Notes under the pieces: model-generated | The model's database searches: none | What the model saw: the letters and a program-made list of their open reading frames with translations, nothing else | What the model was told of the DNA's origin: nothing | DNA from: Gammaproteobacteria bacterium | GTDB lineage: Bacteria > Pseudomonadota > Gammaproteobacteria > Steroidobacterales > JBCCMA01 | Direction of reading: 5' to 3' | DNA: 64,000 nucleotides | NCBI GenBank assembly: GCA_045106455.1 | Contig: JBGCEL010000004.1 | Span: forward strand, 6,434-70,433 | Translations under genes and position numbers: made by a program | In this document: in pieces, positions 61,201-64,000 of the stretch | Layout of the letters: each line of letters opens with the position of its first letter | Position numbering within the stretch: the first letter of the stretch is position 1

Positions 61201-61433
61201 CCTTCGCGTTCATCAAGGTGCTCAATCCAACCGCCGGGTTCTCCACCACGGACGTCACTCAGGTGGAACTGACCGCCTCGGCCGCCGACTGGGACACCTA
61301 CACGCTGGAATTGACCATTGGTGAATGGATTGGTCAGGTTCTACAGTTCGGCTTCCAGACCACGGCCGCAGGTTTTGAACCGTCCGGCGTGTTCTACGAT
61401 AACGTCGAAGTTACGAGTATCGATGGTCCATAG
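55221..61433 (+). CDS. 2070-aa multidomain beta-glucanase lipoprotein with two GH16 modules, CBM-like and Ig-like repeats
   Basis: Lipobox LILTGLAGC. GH16 module 1 at about 55860-56630 (FSDEFNTDG..., GEIDFMEMF, VDYVRVF). GH16-like module 2 at about 59360-60100 (WSDDFDGS..., GEIDLANAP, IDAVRVYE). Repeated CBM-like and Ig-like modules lie between and after them. Confidence 0.85.
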   Translation: MSSQPIPRLARFAALALILTGLAGCFGDGDGPERIPGTPQPMVTGLLIDAPISGVAYRTSGGDEGTTSAAGEFLYIEGESIAFTIGGIELGSVPGAPIITPVGLTRSSDPNDTSAVNQLVFLQSLDSDGDPSNGITIATSVASSADGRSLDFASPTFRDDAMALLGQIAPGAMLISNDEALSNFYATYAEMGGIDTFGFAFAGFPPVGGDTGFELIFSDEFNTDGAPDASKWNFETGYGSNNSGWGNNEWQLYTTATDNVRVEDGNLVIQARCDTPPCGVRDGTVTSARLNTKDKFEFKFGKVIARIKPPVGEGSWPAFWSLGANFPETPWPRAGEIDFMEMFPTVSNDRTTHFTMHWCDQTIQAPETCSFPEGRVFDSQSREFPQALGDDFHIFEADWNGTQITGKMDGVDVFSRNIEAATMEEFLREFFLILNVAMGGTLGSDNQPPSGDEVWPQTMLVDYVRVFQRTGDGVIDDTTIDFEDAPESYDFGMDGGFGGGAAQVLANPVSEGINTSAQVGRMLKFAGEPFAGSSLTLPTPLEIPGGGTFTMKVWSPRAVNVLLKLEGGTTEPEINIPHGGTGWEELSFSFDNFSGSFSALTFIFDLGIVGDATNDPDNWTFYFDDIVVPTGNGGGPDPDPEEPEAFFSDFEDAPESYDFGLDGGFGGGAAQVLANPVPGGINTSAQVGRMLKFAGEPFAGSLLTLPAPIDVVAGSSFNMKVWSPRPVRVLFKLEGDTDAEVEVNHGGTGWELLNFSFPNYASTVQGITLIFDLGTIGDATGDPDNWTFYFDDIEQVPPQPVMPPSLAQIDLPITFDDPMVDYTVVDFGGAVTTLVVDPEDGDNMVASTLKPAGAETFAGTTASTVDGLATAIPFSPTQTTIGIRVYSPDAGIPVRMKVEDADDGDIAVEAELLTTVANEWETLVFDFTNVVTGPALDLSQSYRKINVFFNFNTDGDTAGAKTYLWDDVEFGVPAPVVDDTPPTLTAVSIVSDNANPLLATTGNTLTLSFTADEPIETPTVMIGGMAAAVSGAATTWEATRVIDSGDADGAVAVSIAFADLADNVGTTVTATTDNSSVTVDATAPTATLSGAPVDFTSLDAIALTLTFSEAVSGLELADIVVTNGAASALMAVDATTYTVNVTPSGAGDLMVAVADGAAVDAAGNVSSAATMISVTNNLDADAPLLTAIAIASNNANPALAVTGDVVTLTMTANEDIVAPTVVIGGAPADLITGAGATWTATRTLLATDTEGPVAFLITFEDLGGNIGQAASVTTDGSAVEFDISAPAAQITGLPATIQTLDAIAVTVTFDEDVTGFEAGDLAVTNGVAADFTAVDATTYTANVTPDGIGALSITVAADVAFDAAGNGNSAAAVSADLDLQPLWTLTWSDDFDGSALNDANWTARTDADCPAPCAGVQSYTADNIIVAAGALTIEGREEAGSTYSSALIDTRGKLELTHGRIEIDARMPGTLGTLPSLFLLPVDDAYGPWPQSGEIDLANAPDLGIGSNATLEHTLQYGLPVPENTVTTGTSEPANPALSNTLTYALEWEAGEIRWFVDGVHVATQTQDNWYSYGEDADGVYTLGTDAAPFDQNFYLAIGLGIADTAGAGSTFPQSLQIDAVRVYECANAIDPVAGTGCSTGDAGVMPITAPSEPYTESLDVYVDAPATLSFVDEADPGTPVMQALAVAPVETGGATVNTNNTGAIDGTDVVWSLDINAAAGSAGVTVSAMDNGPTTGFFDLTGGETAGEILFRMRVESATAGTDISVGFDGAAGAAGRDALTFTADGQWQQYSVKIADVVTASVGAGTTLDMANLTALFALNVTGGSAVFSLDDIEVVVACRETGTCQATPRIPNVVVTTVYGPQDFESLDIMGADIGDGWRYFINVFEGPSYLFGYGNPAPNGPQISAIATGEGGAEQGLQQFSVYSDYECCPGGGPGGTPSGHQSANGLVETNVFIEARGVGGSSISADDVGDTWTFTFDAKRGNLGGASRAFAFIKVLNPTAGFSTTDVTQVELTASAADWDTYTLELTIGEWIGQVLQFGFQTTAAGFEPSGVFYDNVEVTSIDGP
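56661..57600 (+). repeat. two tandem ~150-aa CBM-like modules
   Basis: Copies at about 56661-57100 and 57165-57600 share DFEDAPESYDFG(M/L)DGGFGGGAAQVLANPV..GINTSAQVGRMLKFAGEPFAGS.LTLP...MKVWSPR.V.VL.KLEG...HGGTGWE.L.FSF...DPDNWTFYFDDI. A third, more divergent module follows (about 57640-58130). Confidence 0.7.
58150..59360 (+). repeat. duplicated pair of Ig-like modules ([X-Y]x2)
   Basis: X: TPPTLTAVSIVSDNANPLLATTGNTLTLSFTADEPIETPTVMIGG vs DAPLLTAIAIASNNANPALAVTGDVVTLTMTANEDIVAPTVVIGG. Y: DATAPTATLSGAPVDFTSLDAIALTLTFSEAVSGLELADIVVTNG vs DISAPAAQITGLPATIQTLDAIAVTVTFDEDVTGFEAGDLAVTNG. Confidence 0.7.
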
Positions 61434-61447
61434 TTCGGACCATCGAT
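61419..61447 (+). other. 11-bp perfect inverted repeat spanning the stop codon of the giant GH16 gene
   Basis: atcgatggtcc (61419-61429) / ggaccatcgat (61437-61447), with a 7-nt loop containing TAG 61431-61433. No U-tract follows. Confidence 0.4.
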
Positions 61448-61492
61448 TCACAACCCCAACAAACTTGAGTCAAAAAACAAAGAGTAGTCACA

Positions 61493-64000
61493 ATGACGAA
61501 TGTAGGTTTTTCCACACGCAGCACTTCGCTCGTCGCGAGGCTGACCCTCGCCCTGCTGATGTGCATGGCCATCAGTGGGCAGGCACACGCCGCCGATAAG
61601 GTCACAACGTTCAAGGACGACAACGGCTGGAAGCTGCTCGTCAACGGCGAGGACTACTACATCAAGGGGATCGTGTGGAGTTACAGTCCGCGCGGGCAAA
61701 ACTACTCGTACAATCTGTGGGGCGAATCGGACGAGAAAATCCGCGCCATACTGGACTACGACTTTGCATTGATGCAGGCGGCCGGTGTCAACACCATCCG
61801 CAGCTTTATGATGCTGCCGCCCAAGTGGGTCACATACGTGTACGAGACCTACGGCATCCGTACGGTCATCAACCCGCTCATGGGCCGTTACGGCTATCTC
61901 GTGGGGGGGCGCTGGATTCCAAACACCGACTACTCCGACCCGCTCACTCGCGCCACGCTCAAAAAAGACATGCTCGACATCGTCAACACGTACAAAGACG
62001 TGCCCGGCGTGTTGATGTTCGCGTTTGGTAACGAGAGCAACTACGGCCTGTCCTGGTCCAGTTTTGAGATTGAAAATCTGCCCGAGGGCGAGCGCAACAC
62101 GGAGAAGGCGCGCTACCTGTACAGCCTGTTCAACGAGGTGATGAAGGCCGGTAAGTCAATTGCCCCCAATCACCCGTTCACCATCGTCAACGGCGACATT
62201 CAGTACATCGATCTGATTGCAGAATACTGCACCGACATGGATCTTTTGGGCAGCAACGTCTACCGCGGCAAAAGCTTCACCAGCCTGTGGGAAGAAGTGG
62301 ACAAGAAACTCGACATGCCGGTGGTGTTTTTCGAGTTTGGCAGTGATGCGTTCAACGCGCGCGAAGGCCGCGAAGACGGACCGGCTCAGGCAGGGCTCCT
62401 GCGTGACCAGTGGCAGGAGATGTACAACAAATCCTACGGCAACGGCGAGGAAGGCAACTCCAGCGGCGGTTTCGTTTTTGAATGGCGTGACGAATGGTGG
62501 AAGTACCTGCAGGAAGAAAATCTGGAAGTGCACGACGACAATGCCTCGTGGTCCAACCAAGGCTATCCGTTTGACTGGGCGCCGGGCCAGAACAACATGA
62601 ACGAAGAGTGGTTCGGCATCGTCGCATTGGGTTTGCCCAACGCAGACGGCGTATATGAAGCCCGCCCGCGCATGGCCTATGACGTGCTCTCCGAGATCTT
62701 TCATATGGACCCATATGAAATGAAAAAAGACGCGTTCAACCAAAAAATCGCCACCATAAACATGGATTATCTGGAGCTCAAAAGCGATGTTCGTGAGATC
62801 AAGAGCAAACAGGTCGAAGACGATCAGGTGCTCAAATTCGCCGGCGGCAGCCTGCTGACGCGCTTTGTGCTCAAGGGCACGGAAAACGCCATTTCCGAGA
62901 GCGGCGAAAACGGCGTTGAATTTTCTGACGGTCAGCTGTTGTTCATGGATTTTGAATTCAAACCCACCGAAAAAATTGACGGCCAGTTCACGGTCAACGT
63001 TCTGGGCGATGTCGCGGACCTCGAACCGCTGGAAATCGTTTACGGACGGCGTGGTTTGCCCGTGCAGGTGGTGGGCTTCGGCACCACCGATCAGGGTGTG
63101 GAAGTACAGACAGTACAAACTTTCACGGATCGCGAGCGCGTCGAGATTTACGATTTCGAAGCCAAGTACGTGGGCGAAGATTTCGACGTCACCGCGTTTT
63201 ATCACACGCCGCGTTATCACTGGAAATACAAAGGCGATTTCTTTGGACTGGTGCGTGAAGCCACCGACATCTACGGCGCCGATATCTGGAACGCGAAAGC
63301 GCCCGAAGGTGTGGAGTTCGTCGGCAAGGGTCGTTACGAAGGCCTGACCATTTTGGGCGGACCGGAAGTGTACTGGGGCGCCAACCCGAAAGTCGTGGGC
63401 AAATACAGCTCCAAATTCCGCAACACGGACTGGACCTTTATTCACTCCGAAGACGTGTCGCGTCTGGCCGCCGGCGTCGCCGCAACGCTTGCCACCGTGC
63501 GTCAATCGCGTCAGACCACGCTGTACACCAAGACGCCCATCGGTCCGGCCAAACTTGAGCTGGGCGCCATGCTCGCCAGTGGCGAGCGCGTCGGCGATCA
63601 ATACGATCGCGTGGTACGCGGCAACATCTTGCTCGATGAAATCGACTTTGAAGACACGATTGCCTTGCGCACGCGTTTCACGTTCCCGTTTTTGGGCACT
63701 CAAACCTACATTGCGACCAACCACGCCGGCCTTGTCGCCGAGGGCGGTGACGTCCTGCGCGAATTCGGCACGCGTCTGCCCTACTCCAATCTCGGTAACA
63801 CCGAAGAATACGAGATGGGCATGATGATGAACTTTGGCAATCTGATGATCTTCCCGCGCTTGCTGTATCGCCAGAACCTCGTGGATGCCAACCCCAATCT
63901 GCCCTCGTCCATTGAAAACGGCGTGTTGATGCCCGGCATCGCCATTCGGGATCGCGACGCCGATCCGTTCGCGGTGCTTGGTAACCGCGAAGCCCGCGCC
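61493..64000 (+). CDS. secreted TIM-barrel (clan GH-A-like) glycoside hydrolase, 3' end beyond the window
   Basis: Absent from the track because it runs off the right edge; the frame is open from ATG 61493 to 64000. Signal MTNVGFSTRSTSLVARLTLALLMCMAISGQAHA. GH-A-like hallmarks: VNTIRSF and VLMFAFGNESNYG (NE acid/base motif). The 522-aa track ORF 62156-63724 (-) is its antisense shadow. Confidence 0.7.
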   Translation, partial: MTNVGFSTRSTSLVARLTLALLMCMAISGQAHAADKVTTFKDDNGWKLLVNGEDYYIKGIVWSYSPRGQNYSYNLWGESDEKIRAILDYDFALMQAAGVNTIRSFMMLPPKWVTYVYETYGIRTVINPLMGRYGYLVGGRWIPNTDYSDPLTRATLKKDMLDIVNTYKDVPGVLMFAFGNESNYGLSWSSFEIENLPEGERNTEKARYLYSLFNEVMKAGKSIAPNHPFTIVNGDIQYIDLIAEYCTDMDLLGSNVYRGKSFTSLWEEVDKKLDMPVVFFEFGSDAFNAREGREDGPAQAGLLRDQWQEMYNKSYGNGEEGNSSGGFVFEWRDEWWKYLQEENLEVHDDNASWSNQGYPFDWAPGQNNMNEEWFGIVALGLPNADGVYEARPRMAYDVLSEIFHMDPYEMKKDAFNQKIATINMDYLELKSDVREIKSKQVEDDQVLKFAGGSLLTRFVLKGTENAISESGENGVEFSDGQLLFMDFEFKPTEKIDGQFTVNVLGDVADLEPLEIVYGRRGLPVQVVGFGTTDQGVEVQTVQTFTDRERVEIYDFEAKYVGEDFDVTAFYHTPRYHWKYKGDFFGLVREATDIYGADIWNAKAPEGVEFVGKGRYEGLTILGGPEVYWGANPKVVGKYSSKFRNTDWTFIHSEDVSRLAAGVAATLATVRQSRQTTLYTKTPIGPAKLELGAMLASGERVGDQYDRVVRGNILLDEIDFEDTIALRTRFTFPFLGTQTYIATNHAGLVAEGGDVLREFGTRLPYSNLGNTEEYEMGMMMNFGNLMIFPRLLYRQNLVDANPNLPSSIENGVLMPGIAIRDRDADPFAVLGNREARA

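Noticed and set aside
62156-63724. 522-aa ORF on the minus strand (largest unexplained track ORF)
   Set aside because: It is the antisense shadow of the clearly protein-like plus-strand glycoside hydrolase gene (61493->64000). Its translation is Val/Gly/Phe/His-rich with no motifs, signal or SD.
1-64000. Mobile elements, prophage, integrons, tRNA/rRNA genes and toxin-antitoxin or known defence systems
   Set aside because: Reading all ORFs on both strands showed no transposase, integrase, recombinase, phage structural, Cas, restriction-modification or small paired TA-like genes. I could not spot any tRNA-like cloverleaf candidates by eye; a tRNAscan/Infernal run would be definitive.

Overview
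GC-rich (about 60% by eye), gene-dense 64-kb chromosomal segment of a Gram-negative bacterium. The gene content suggests a marine gammaproteobacterium (inference): a dedicated 'marine proteobacterial' sortase/VIT-vWA pair, a Pseudomonas-type 531-aa isocitrate lyase, and several laminarinase-type GH16 enzymes. I call 36 protein-coding genes; two are cut by the window edges and so are absent from the ORF track. I also call a few hairpins/terminators and candidate operators. I see no rRNA, tRNA, CRISPR array, transposase, integrase or phage genes. Many track ORFs are longest-ORF over-extensions or antisense shadow ORFs typical of high-GC DNA. I re-picked starts using signal peptides, Shine-Dalgarno sequences and stop/start overlaps. 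Blocks: (i) 1-9.4 kb holds an AraC regulator, the sortase system, a CDF transporter, a Tat-exported M24 peptidase and a LysR regulator. (ii) 9.5-21.4 kb holds a dihaem-peroxidase-like beta-propeller + G8/beta-helix operon, divergent from an ECF sigma / TPR-CHAT lipoprotein / anti-sigma-like / subtilase-like operon. (iii) 25.5-40.9 kb is the most unusual locus, an apparently seven-gene operon. It encodes three HlyD-type periplasmic adaptor paralogues: one with GAF domain(s), one fused to a PqqD-like domain plus an S2P/M50 intramembrane metalloprotease, and one fused to a SPOR-like domain. It also encodes a 1911-aa LEPR-XLL-type repeat adhesin with a C-terminal membrane anchor, a hybrid histidine kinase and a REC-GGDEF-EAL protein. 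No ABC/RND/MFS pump or outer-membrane factor is present. (iv) 40.9-51 kb holds an acyl-CoA ligase, aceA with a ScfR/RamB-like regulator and repeated operator-like motifs, a two-component pair and small accessory genes. (v) 23.3-25.2 kb and 51-64 kb hold beta-glucan (laminarin-type) utilisation genes, including a 2070-aa dual-GH16 lipoprotein.
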